64,000 bases of DNA from Tubulanus polymorphus (lineage: Eukaryota > Animalia > Nemertea). The DNA lies in NCBI RefSeq assembly GCF_964204645.1, contig NC_134033.1:2934131-2998130 (forward strand), in the 5' to 3' direction. Made by a program: the position numbers and the translations under genes. This document shows positions 53,711 through 64,000 of this stretch, piece after piece (the first letter of the stretch is position 1; every line of letters starts with the position of its first letter). The notes under the pieces are model-generated. The model saw only the letters and a program-made list of their open reading frames with translations. It was not told the origin of the DNA and did not search any database.

Positions 53711-54750
53711 TTGTATATATTTGATAACCGATCTTTTTGCAAATCGAAGTTAGCGTTAATTATGATATCTAAACAGCTCGTAAGAGCCTATGGTTAAACC
53801 GTGTCAATTATGACCGTACCTAATTAACTATCCGAAACTCGAGAATCCTATCTTCACATCTCTCAAATCGCAACCACAATTCGCATACGTTCATTTACAT
53901 ATATTCAAATTTTATATCGATTTTTTTCTCTGCAGATTACTGCATGGCGAATAAGTCATACATACCGATGCCGCGACCGGTTCGAGTATGCATGCGTGCG
54001 TCCGCTTACGCCGTCAGCTTGATAGTTGTATTGAAGATACTGGCCTACGTCGCCCTCATCATCGCCGCGCTTAAACGCAGGCTCGTACTGAAATTCATCT
54101 TACGAAATACGTTCGGTCAACTTCTCCACGATTCGATTCTGGTGACGATCATGCTAGCAAACGCCGTCTACACCAAGAATCAAGTGCCCTACGAGTTCAG
54201 CTGGATGTACCTGTTTTTCACGCCGGTTTTTCTCAGCAACGTCTGCGCGTTTTTTCAAATATTTCCCTCGTTCGGTTTCTACTTCATGAGCTTGCAAAAG
54301 ATGTTGCAAGCTCTGGCGAGGTTTTCCTTCATATTCGCGGTGGTTTTCATGATCTACTGCACGTGTCTATCGTCGTTGCTGGTGAACGCGAACGTCTGCG
54401 GATGGTCCAGCTGGAAAGTGATCTACGGCACGTTTCTGAGCATGATTAACATGGCGGACTACGCGCAAATATCGTCGGATCGCCACAAGTTGGTGTTGTT
54501 CCAGGTTTACCATATGGAAATGGTTTTCATCGTGGCCATCGTGATGTTGAACTTTCTGATAGCGATTATGACCGGCGTGCACTCGAAACACGACGAGCTG
54601 AAGGAGACGATTTCGACGGTGACGCGCATGCGCCTGAATACGATGGCGCTCGTGCACGTGGTACAGTGGCGGCGTATGCTGCGTATGAAACCGTTGAACC
54701 TCGGTCTCGGCGATATACGAGTTGTCGTCAACGCGGCGGACGAAATGTGA
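50157..54750 (+). CDS. TRPV-like ankyrin-repeat cation channel, copy 2, ~558 aa; exons 50157-51018, 53936-54750
   Basis: Near-identical duplicate of copy 1, same exon lengths (862 + 815 nt) and splice sites (51019, 53935). Confidence 0.85.
51915..52085 (+). mobile_element. CR1-like LINE RT fragment in TRPV intron (copy 2)
   Basis: IVFMDYEIAFDKVLQQRLLNKL; duplicate of 26885-27060. Confidence 0.7.
52507..53592 (-). CDS. Intronless rhodopsin-family GPCR (FMRFamide/sex-peptide-receptor-like orphan), nested in TRPV intron, copy 2
   Basis: 361 aa; differs from copy 1 by three residues in the ORF track (D>S, S>G, I>T). Confidence 0.9.
   Translation of the reverse strand: MNSTTITTTTLKPCHPSLLPAERWDHVFSYKIYLYGYLPASVLGMILNSVSILVFRKIGRSTYQTIIILAWFDLLFVFSVFLLYPLRILIIHFQQSDFVLGRFDDWFFGHEIIIWVLPLFHTFQMAKNWAVVVINFERLLVVASPLYFKRFWNKKQIICLSVLNAISSAVCFWPYYFPLSLPGRGTQRCYERVYTMGAFGASTIPTPFVYLLDNARRDVINSYMFMTVLLPFTTLIVINLTLFGIMISRKLNRKKQFHADAAAPGGKSTELKILKVVLIIVAIFFICEIPASLDRLLYFFKTHFGLLHGLSVDELMVMRKAGILLSVLDSSANFFVYCATNGAFRKTVKQILLINYLFDSK
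53634..53731. repeat. Perfect 98-bp palindrome centred on (AT)n
   Basis: TCGGTTATCAAATATATACAAGC-(AT)n-GCTTGTATATATTTGATAACCGA. Confidence 0.93.
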
Positions 54751-56643
54751 ACGACTCGTCGAGGAACCGGTGACAAACACTAGATGGCGCGACTAACAGT
54801 CGGTTTTGCGACATTCCGAATATAAAAAAATTTGAAATGTTTTATATATATAGATCTGGGGTAGAGATAATTAATTAATTAATCTAGATAATTAAAAATC
54901 CATAGCAGCAAAAACAGTACAAATCTCATTTCTTATTTATTATAGCGAACGTTTTCGGGAGTTACATCATCCCCTCTTCATGCATAGCGCAAATGATTAA
55001 ATTTACATATCATACTGGTATTTATATAGAATAAGACGAAGCTAATTACTAACGATTTCAAATTACTGAGTGACAAGAATATCATAATATCGTCAAACAT
55101 CGTCTGCGTTTCCGGTGTCGCTGTGAGCACGTGATCTAAAACGAATCGGGTCAATGTCGTACGCGCGACAATAGAGTTTACTCTTATCTGGAGACAAACA
55201 AATAAACAACGGTTCAACGATGAAGAATGTTTGTCAGATACTCGGAGTCCCTGTTCATATACCTTAACCGGTGGATCCAAAAGCTGTCCCAATAGTCCAA
55301 ATTGTACCGCCCCAAGTCGCGTCATCGCGTCAAAAGTCGCTTTACTAATTATATATAGGAATCGACCTTCAAGTCGAACCCACGAATCGAACCGATACTG
55401 GACATATTGACAATATAAGCGGCAACTTAACGATCGATCAAATTCTTAGCCACGACCTTCAAAATACAAGAAACAGAAATTACGAACGTTGATGTAAATA
55501 CGTGAGAAGTGTTGTTTGTTGACTGTTTAAATATGCGAGAAGTGTTGAATCACGTGACTGTTCAAATATGTGAGAAGTAAGTTTTTGATCACGTGTTTTG
55601 ATCATAAAATAGGGATTGTCCACGTTATATATTTGTTTGGCTGGTAAATTTCGTTTGATGTTTCGAATGAGTGTCGTTAACAGACCCACCACACCTGCCG
55701 GGAGCGAAACAGGGGGTTTGATTTTAAAATCGAAAATCGAAGTACAGATATAGTTGTGTGATCGGCGATCGAGTTCAAAGATTTTGTTTTGTTCAAATCG
55801 AAGTACAGTATTGGTAATTGGTTACCTGAGTTACGTTAATCACTGATTTTACGTTCACGTTTCATCGTGCTAGGAATGATAAAATTAGAGGATATTTAAT
55901 CTAATTACCTCATACAAACATTGAAACATTATTGATGAAATATAGATTAAGTAATGTACAAGAATTTCTAAATTAAGCTAAAAGAAAAAAAAAATTTTCA
56001 AATGTAATCTTTGGATCGAAATTAATACGATTGGATCAGTTAGCGATATACATGTATGTACGTACTTTTCTGAGACGGGCTCTCTTAAGAAAATGCACGT
56101 ACTAAGAGGAATCAAAAATCATGTTATACAATTACAGAATCCTAATGTCATCGTCGCTATTGAATTCTAGCATTAAACGTCCGAGATTTCCGTTCTGGTG
56201 GGTACATGAGAGCTCATATTTGAATAATTTTTCTGTTGATGATACAATGCCATTGAGGTTATCTCTGGTCTAAGAACGGATCCAGATGTTTCACCACCTA
56301 AGGGCGGATAGGTTAACTGGATAGTCACCTACATCATGGCCAAATATGGAGGATCTGGGGGCACTCCCAAGAAAATTCTGAATGTCAAGGCCCTGAGATG
56401 CGATCTTTGAGTACATTCGGGTCATTTTCAATTAATGGTAGGTCAACAATTTGAAAAATAACCTCATACAATTCGTCGATTGATGGGAATAGGCTTCAAA
56501 ATGAACGTATGGTTGGTCAATAAAGTAAGTACACCTCTAGATTCGGGATTAATGCCATAAGGGGGGTGTGCTCACGACCGACGAGAAAGCCGGGTATTCA
56601 GCTAGTATGTATATAAAAGTGGAAAAGCACCATGGGACCGGTC

Positions 56644-57734
56644 TTACAGCATATTCGAATCACAAAAATAATTCATCAGTAAAATCTGTTTAGCTTTTTT
56701 TCTAAAGGCGCCGTTTGTCGCGCAGTAAAGGAAGAAATTTACGGAAGAATCTAAAACACTGAGCAGAATTCCTACTTTACGCATGATCATTAGTTGAGCC
56801 GTAAATAGGCCGTTAGGTATCCAAACTCCTTTCTGAAGTAACCTAGCAGACGGTCCAGTGATGCGGGAATTTCACAGATAAAAAATATAGCTACAATTAT
56901 GAGAACCAATTTTAATATTTTGAGTTCGGTGGATTTTTCACCGGGCGCCGCCGCGTCCGCGTGAAATTGTTTCTTTCGATTTAGTTTTCTAAATATCATA
57001 ATTCCGAACAAAGTTATATTGATCACAATTAGAAAAATAAAAGGTGCAAGAATAGTCATGAACAAATAGGAATTAGAAACAAAGCTGGATGCTCGATTAC
57101 TTTTATAAATAAAAGGTGTTCGAATTATTTTCGCTCCAAAAGGTCCCATTGTAAATAAACCTTCAAAACAGCGTCGCGTAGCCCTTCCGGGTAAACGTTT
57201 TGGAAAATAATACGGCCAGAAACAAACGGCGGAAGAAATTGCGTTCAAAACCGAGAAAAAGATGATTTGTTTTTTGTTCCAGAATCGTTTGAAATACAGC
57301 GGACTCGCGACGACCAGAAGTCTTTCAAAATTGATTATAACTACGGCCCAATTTCTGGACATGTGGAACGTGTGAAACAGCGGTAGAACCCAAATTATAA
57401 TTTCGTGTCCAAAAAACCAATCATCGTAATGGCCAAAGAACACAGCATCTATTTGACCAGAGATAATTATTATCCGAAGTGGATACAGAAGAAACACTGA
57501 AAATACGAACAGTAAATCAAACCAGGCGAGAACTATGATAGTTTGATAAATAGCGCGACCGATCTTTCTGAATACTAGAATGGAAACGAAGTTTAGAAAC
57601 ATTCCGAAAACTGAAGCCGGCAAATATCCGTACAAGTACAGATTATAGCTGAAAACGTGTGTCCATTGTTCTGGTGGGAATCGGCTGGCGAGGCAGCGCT
57701 CAATTTTAGTCGTGGAGATTGTGGTAGAATTCAT
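56644..57734 (-). pseudogene. Third, more divergent paralogue of the nested GPCR with a 1-nt frameshift at ~56818 (recent pseudogene or sequencing error)
   Basis: ORF 57734-56790 ends before TM7. Restoring one base after ...KEFG gives PNGLFTAQLMIMRKVGILLSVLDSSVNFFLYCATNGAFRKKAKQILLMNYFCDSNML* with stop at 56644-56646. Confidence 0.8.
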
Positions 57735-57906
57735 GTTGAAACTCAGAGAGACCCGTAATCAGTTGCTCTGCAGTAACACAACCTCTCTCTCTCTCTCTCT
57801 CTCTTTCTTGCTCTCTCTCTATATCTGACACCCTGATGATGGATCTGTGCAATAAAATAACACCCATCGTTCTCCGCGTCTCTCATCCCAACCCCTATCA
57901 TCAAAC

Positions 57907-58319
<413 letters not shown>

Positions 58320-58679
58320 GATAGTATAGAGCGCTGCTGTTGTATGTTAGTAAATAGTACATTTGTATAACCTTGTAAATAACCTTGTTAAAAGTCTTTA
58401 TTTTTCTCCTTTTCGATTGTAAGCAAAATTATTGTTCCCTACATATATACCATTACTATCAAAATGGTAGGAAAATAAATCAATTTATCTATCTTTACAT
58501 TTAGGCAAAATCATTTTTGCCTACCGTCAGTTTACGTTCAGTCAACCTTAACCAGACAATGGATCAGATTAACTGCTCGGTGTTTGGTAAAGTTAAACTT
58601 CAAGCAAAAAAGAATAAATTATCCGATTTCAGTTGAATGAAATGTAGAAGGAATTAAAGCGCGGAAGACCAAGTAACTA

Positions 58680-59506
58680 CTAGCGACACCCGCTGGATCC
58701 TCACTTGCCACAAGTGGAATTTTCTTGCCGCAGTAGTTGATGTCCTACTGCACACTAGCGACACCTGGTGGATCCTCACTTTCCACAAGTGGAATTTTCT
58801 TGCCGCAGTAGTTGATGTCCTACTGCACACTAGCGACACCCGCTGGATCCTCACTTGCCACAAGTGGAATTTTCTTGCCGCAGTAGTTGATGTCCTACTG
58901 CACACTAGCGACACCTGGTGGATCCTCACTTTCCACAAGTGGAATCCTCTATTGTCGCAGTAGTTGATGTCCTACTGCACACTAGCGACACCTGGTGGAT
59001 CCTCACTTTCCACAAGTGGAATCCTCTATTGTCGCAGTAGTTGATGTCCTACTGCACACTAGCGACACCTGGTGGATCCTCACTTTCCACAAGTGGAATC
59101 CTCTATTGTCACAGTAGTTGATGTCCTACTGCACACTAGCGACACGTGGTGGATCCTCACTTTCCACAAGTGGAATCCTCTATTGTCGCAGTAGTTGATG
59201 TCCTACTGCACACTAGCGACACGTGGTGGATCCTCACTTTCCACAAGTGGAATCCTCTATTGTCGCAGTAGTTGATGTCCTACTGCACACTAGCGACACG
59301 TGGTGGATCCTCACTTGCCACAGGTGGAATTTTCTTGCCGCAGTAGTTGATGTCCTACTGCACACTAGCGACACGTGGTGGATCTTCACTTTCCACAAGT
59401 GGAATCCTCTATTGTCGCAGTAGTTGATGTCCTACTGCACACTAGCGACACGTGGTGGATCCTCACTTGCCACAGGTGGAATTTTCTTGCCGCAGTAGTT
59501 GATGTC
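58680..59506. repeat. Minisatellite, ~11 units of 75 or 77 bp
   Basis: Units start (CTAGCGACAC) at 58680, 58755, 58830, 58905, 58982, 59059, 59136, 59213, 59290, 59365, 59442. Confidence 0.95.
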
Positions 59507-61189
59507 AACTGTTGATAGATCGACGTTGTTCGTGTTTGGCGTCGCTATATCTAAAACAAATTCGGATCTATGGTTTCGTTGTATTCGTCGAAATGTAAAT
59601 AATGTATTGTCAAGATAAGCGCAGCAGCAGATAACACAGTCAGATGAGATCGTGATATGTCAGCATGGTTATGATTTCATAGATCTCTTTTTGACATACG
59701 CATGATTATCCTACTATTTATTCTATTGATTGATTTGAATTCTTCGTCTACATAGTTGTCGGGTGTCCCGAGTGAAGGGGCGTAGCCTCCATGTACCACT
59801 CTCCCACACATTTTTGGGCAAGATCATTATTTTGTTCCTTTAGTTCAAATACATAAACTAGCTGGACGGGTTTCCGAGTGCATTTAAAAGTGATATCGAA
59901 ATAATAAAGTGACCTTGGCCTTGGGCAAAATGTCTCTTAAATTACAGTTATTTCCGAAATCTCGATGTATTAAATTAGGCGGCCAACATAATTAACCCCA
60001 GTCAGTCGCTTGCCTGTTCAGGTTAGTTGGAAGATTGGTTGAATGAACCGGAATCGACATTTTACAATTATGCACTTCGATATGTACTTCGATTTAAACA
60101 AAAAGAATTTGTAAATTCGACCGCCGATGCTATTTCTATTGTATCTGTGCTTCAATTTCCAATTTTAAAATCAACCCCCCTCCCCCTCCCTCCCCCGTTT
60201 GTTTCGTTCCCGACACGTGTCGATGGTCTGTAAGGGACACCGAATAAAAACAGAAAAGAATCAAAATCTATCAATTAAATAAATAACATGTTCAATCCCT
60301 ATTTTTAGGTAGAAAAATACATTTCACATTTTCGTGGCTGCTACTTTTAGAATCCTGACTTGGTAACCAGTATTGGGAACGTGACATCTGGTTTGTTTTT
60401 TTTAAACAGAATAAATAGTTCAATAAATTTCTATATACTATCATTACGAACATGTTCGGCATATTCTGGATTTTAGCAGTTTTCCGCTGCACTGGAGGTA
60501 AAATTTAATGAATAATCTCTTCTTTTTACCAATTCATTTTTGATGAAATCAATATTACCAATTTGACATTGGATTCGGTTGATTTGTTTTCAAGGAGTTA
60601 AATCCAAAATACCACAATTTAAGAATAAATATCTATCAGCCATCATCAAGTGGATTGACGATGGCTTTTTAGGGAACAGTTTGGCTTTTAGGGAACAGTT
60701 GAAGTGTTGTGACATAATCAACTTTTCAATCCTTGATTATCTCTAATTTTTTTCAATTGCGGAATCTTGCTCAATTTTTTTACTGATTTACGCGTCTGTG
60801 GTAACTATTGATGGCAAATTCAAAAATTCGTTCCAACATAACTTTAAAAACTTATCTTTAGTCTGTGAGCTATCTAAACTATGTTCAACTTCTTTGTGGG
60901 ACTGGGCCCTGTTTGAATCATGAAATGAGCGTTCATTTTATTTTGGAGTAATCTATAAGACGAATTAGACGATTGCTCCAAAGACGATTTCTTCAAAATT
61001 TCATCAATAGCATTCATCTATGTTTACAGCGTTCAAGATTCCTTACGAGGATCCGCTTTATAAAGATGGTAGGTTCATTTTGTACGATTCATATACGGAA
61101 ATGAAAAAGATTCCTTTCAATTAATTGAACAGACTTTAATCAATTGCATTTGTAAAAAGGTAGCAAAAAAATTAAACCAAAAATACTCG

Positions 61190-61261
61190 TTCCCACACAG
61201 GGAATCGAACCCGGGCCGCCTGGGTGAAAGCCAGGAATCCTAACCACTAGACCATATGGGA
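61190..61261 (-). tRNA. tRNA-Glu(TTC): tRNA-Glu (anticodon TTC)
   Basis: Reverse complement TCCCATATGGTCTAGTGGTTAGGATTCCTGGCTTTCACCCAGGCGGCCCGGGTTCGATTCCCTGTGTGGGAA: 72-nt cloverleaf, A and B boxes, T5 terminator at 61179-61183. One T-stem mismatch. Confidence 0.93.
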
Positions 61262-61451
61262 ATCATGCATTGCCGTAGAGCGCACGTGGTTTTTATCGCA
61301 TATTTGATATTTCAAGTATAATCTCATATTTTAACTATTATTATATTCTCCAAGATTGAATCAGTTACACTTACAGACGAATAGTACTTTGAAAGTTAAC
61401 TAGATTCATTTGCAGTACTTCACCTGAATATCTAAATCACCATATGCACTA

Positions 61452-61620
61452 AAGTGGAACCTCGTTATAACGAACTCGGATACAACGATTCATCGGATAT
61501 AACAAATATGAAATTGTGTGCCGAGTAAGAAAATTCACTTCATACTGGATATAACGAAGAATCGAGTATAAGGAACAGATTTTCTGGTCCCGTGAAGTTC
61601 GCTGTAACGAGATTCCACTG
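61452..61620. mobile_element. MITE, Tc1/mariner (pogo/Tigger-like)
   Basis: 25-bp TIRs AAGTGGAACCTCGTTATAACGAACT / rc CAGTGGAATCTCGTTACAGCGAACT (21/25 match), TA on the left flank, internal GGATATAAC subrepeats. Confidence 0.75.
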
Positions 61621-61897
61621 AAGTAGCGAAAGTCTTACTCTGAATAATACATAGTGAACCTTCAAAGTCGATCTTTACATTTTGCCGGCTTGACATCGGC
61701 GTCGGGTATCGAAGTTAAAGCTTACAAAGCGGTTCAGTTTGGATCGTTGCCGACATTGTAAACACGTACCAGTCACCAGTACAGCAACTAGACCAATAAT
61801 AGAGTCTTGCCAAACACTAATTATTTACTCACTCGCCAATTTACTCAATTAACCTGTCCTCCTCTGTATATATACCCCTGTTTTTAGTCTAAATCTC

Positions 61898-61939
61898 ACA
61901 CCTGACGATAATCTCTAGGGTGAGATCGAAACGTCGTGT
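61898..61939 (+). ncRNA. Minimal type I hammerhead ribozyme motif (Penelope-like element terminal-repeat type)
   Basis: ACAC-CTGACGA-TA-ATCTC(tagggt)GAGAT-C-GAAA-CG-TC-GTGT: both core boxes, helix I ACAC/GTGT, helix II ATCTC/GAGAT, palindromic ACGT in place of helix III. Confidence 0.65.
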
Positions 61940-62311
61940 CTTATATATATTTTAGATTTAATGAATAAATTCTTGTTTTTAAAATCTTTTAATCTGTAGA
62001 TAGTGGGTTTTTATCTTATTATCCGTTCATCACGTTTAAGTGCGGTTATCGTTCTAATGGAGTCTTTTTCGCGACAGGTTAACAAGACTTCATCACAGCT
62101 GCCTCTCTGCTAGATTGGACTAATCTAAATTGAGTCAAATTAAACGTTTTTAAATGATGATCAGAAGTTTCGGAATTATCAATTCACCTCATTTATTATT
62201 GGTTGGAATTTCGTCGCGTTCACACTACGAAGCAGTTAGACCATTCTAAACGGGTCCGGGTCAGGAACGGGACAAATTTAGAACGGATCGAATCAGAGTG
62301 CGCGAGTGAGA

Positions 62312-62401
62312 TTCTCGCCGGGGTTATTGCAACAGTTTCCTAACTAAAGATTCCTAACATTTCTCTGTTTCTATTCTACAACTGTCATCCCCGTCTTACT
62401 T
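62312..62401 (+). pseudogene. Internally deleted TM3/TM4 fragment upstream of copy F
   Basis: Same deleted form as upstream of copy D, same 3' junction. Confidence 0.75.
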
Positions 62402-62933
62402 GGTTGCTGTTGTTTCTTCAAAACAATCTGTACCAAACAAGACCTATTACTCACCACAATCAGATATCAATGCGCTTCACTTAGATTCAACTCAGTTATT
62501 GTATTGACTGTAGAGTGTGAATTATCAAAACAGATGTTGACGAAGTGTTTTACAGAGACGCAGAATATTTTGAGGTAAAGATAGAAAATGTCATAGAATA
62601 TTATCACAAACTGAACGCAGTTCGGGAGCGACAGGTAAATATTTTTAGAGAAATAATTGCACATAATTATAAACACGATATATTGAAACACGTTTAGATT
62701 TAGAAACCGCGGTAATTACAGCGAAACCGAGAACAGATGAAAGTTTCACAAATACGAGTCTGGCGCCAGTTTGATGGGAGAACTTTTACAAAATAATTGG
62801 ACTCTGGACCAATTCGTCAACTTCTGACATTTGCGAATTCGTCATTACTTTACAGCGACTCTTTTGAGAAATGTCGTGCGAACTTAGAAATAGTTAGAAA
62901 AGTGTTTGTTTTGAAGCGTGAATTGTGTTCAAT

Positions 62934-64000
62934 ATGCAGCGAATGAAAGCGTTGTTCGTAGTTTTACTGATCGCTTGCGGAGACTGTATATTTACGCGGG
63001 CTGATCGCGCAAACTCTGTCGAGGAAGCCGCGTCTGTTACGGTCAGTTCATCTTGTAACAACACTCAATTCTCCGTCGATTCTACGTCTGGTTACATCGT
63101 TTCACCGAACTATCCGTCGTTAGTGCGCGGTGTTGAATGTCGTTGGTTCGTCAACAGCTCTTTACCGGGAAGTTTTCTCGTTCAAGTTTACTACGATATC
63201 GAGCCGTCGATATTCTGTAACGAAAACTACCTTCTCGTCGGTGAGTCCGAAAACAAACTCTGCGCTACCGGAAAAAAACGACTAGATATCCGCAGTAACG
63301 ATTTGAATTCGTTGTTGTTTAGGAGTAACGTCGATGGAGCGCGAGGTAGTCGGGTTTATATCATATATCGTTTTGAAGAACAGAGTCGCTTGAAAATCTT
63401 ACACACATGCTACAAACGTGCAGTAAAAGAATTACCAACTCAAACAGGTTATGAATTCAGGATTTCTACCCGGCGATGTAAATTGTTGTTAGAATGGATC
63501 GGGATGCCAGACGGGTTTGCAATGAATTTTACGTTTATACAGATAGATTTTAGATTAAGACCAGGTGAGGATCCGATGAAAACTCGTCCTCAAATTCACG
63601 ACGGATGGAACAGCGCCAGTGAACCTATAGCTCTTATACGAGAACAAACCGGACATCCGCCTTCATCGTTTTATACTAAAACTAATAAAGCACGTATTGA
63701 ATTCATTTCAAGTACAGAGTGGTTTAAGTCACAGTTACTCGTGCAAGTTTACAAAATATCAGATTGGAACATCTCTAACCCGTTAATTCAAGTCTACAAT
63801 AAATCAGGACTGCTCGCTACAATTGATGGAATACCACATATAGTAACTCAGTCTAAACACTTATACTGCTGGTCTATCACAGTCGATGTTCTGCAGTACG
63901 TCGTCTTCAACTGGTCACGTGATCTCGTCTCGTCACCAGGTGTCGTTGGTGTATATACACGGGAAGGGTTACGTATTGTGAGAACTGATATTTTACTCAG
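62934..64000 (+). CDS. GRL101-like giant LGR, copy F (exon 1, runs off the window end)
   Basis: ATG CAG CGA ATG AAA GCG at 62934, colinear with exon 1 of the other copies (signal peptide, CUB). Missing from the ORF track because no stop is reached. Confidence 0.9.
   Translation, partial: MQRMKALFVVLLIACGDCIFTRADRANSVEEAASVTVSSSCNNTQFSVDSTSGYIVSPNYPSLVRGVECRWFVNSSLPGSFLVQVYYDIEPSIFCNENYLLVGESENKLCATGKKRLDIRSNDLNSLLFRSNVDGARGSRVYIIYRFEEQSRLKILHTCYKRAVKELPTQTGYEFRISTRRCKLLLEWIGMPDGFAMNFTFIQIDFRLRPGEDPMKTRPQIHDGWNSASEPIALIREQTGHPPSSFYTKTNKARIEFISSTEWFKSQLLVQVYKISDWNISNPLIQVYNKSGLLATIDGIPHIVTQSKHLYCWSITVDVLQYVVFNWSRDLVSSPGVVGVYTREGLRIVRTDILL

Noticed and set aside
56299-56605. Possible non-autonomous DNA transposon (GGATCTGGGGGCACTCCCAAGAAAATT motif)
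   Set aside because: Could not define terminal inverted repeats or target duplication by eye.
58680-59506. CRISPR-like array
   Set aside because: Units are repeated end to end with no unique spacers, no cas genes, eukaryotic context.

Overview
AT-rich invertebrate (metazoan) genomic DNA with short spliceosomal introns; a lophotrochozoan-like source is my inference from gene content, not proven. The window is dominated by a head-to-tail array of six paralogues (four complete, two cut by the window edges) of a very large GRL101-like leucine-rich-repeat GPCR. What the ORF track shows as three ORFs per copy splices through two phase-0 GT-AG introns into one ~1,940-aa receptor: signal peptide, CUB/CUB-like domains, two C-type lectin-like domains, ~7 LDLa repeats, LRRs, rhodopsin 7TM. 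Interleaved twice is a ~6-kb cassette: a two-exon TRPV-like channel gene carrying an intronless opposite-strand FMRFamide/peptide-receptor-like GPCR in its intron; a third, frameshifted paralogue of that GPCR follows the second cassette. The receptors show hypervariable ectodomain patches, mosaic relationships, and an in-frame domain deletion in one copy. Every receptor whose 5' end is visible carries a piece of its own TM3-TM4 coding sequence ~530 bp upstream of the ATG. Three spacers hide a minus-strand series of repeated exon-like units with canonical splice sites. Also present: tRNA-Glu(TTC), a Penelope-type minimal hammerhead motif, LINE remnants, a Tigger/pogo-like MITE, (CAG)120, a 75/77-bp minisatellite and two perfect (AT)n-centred palindromes.
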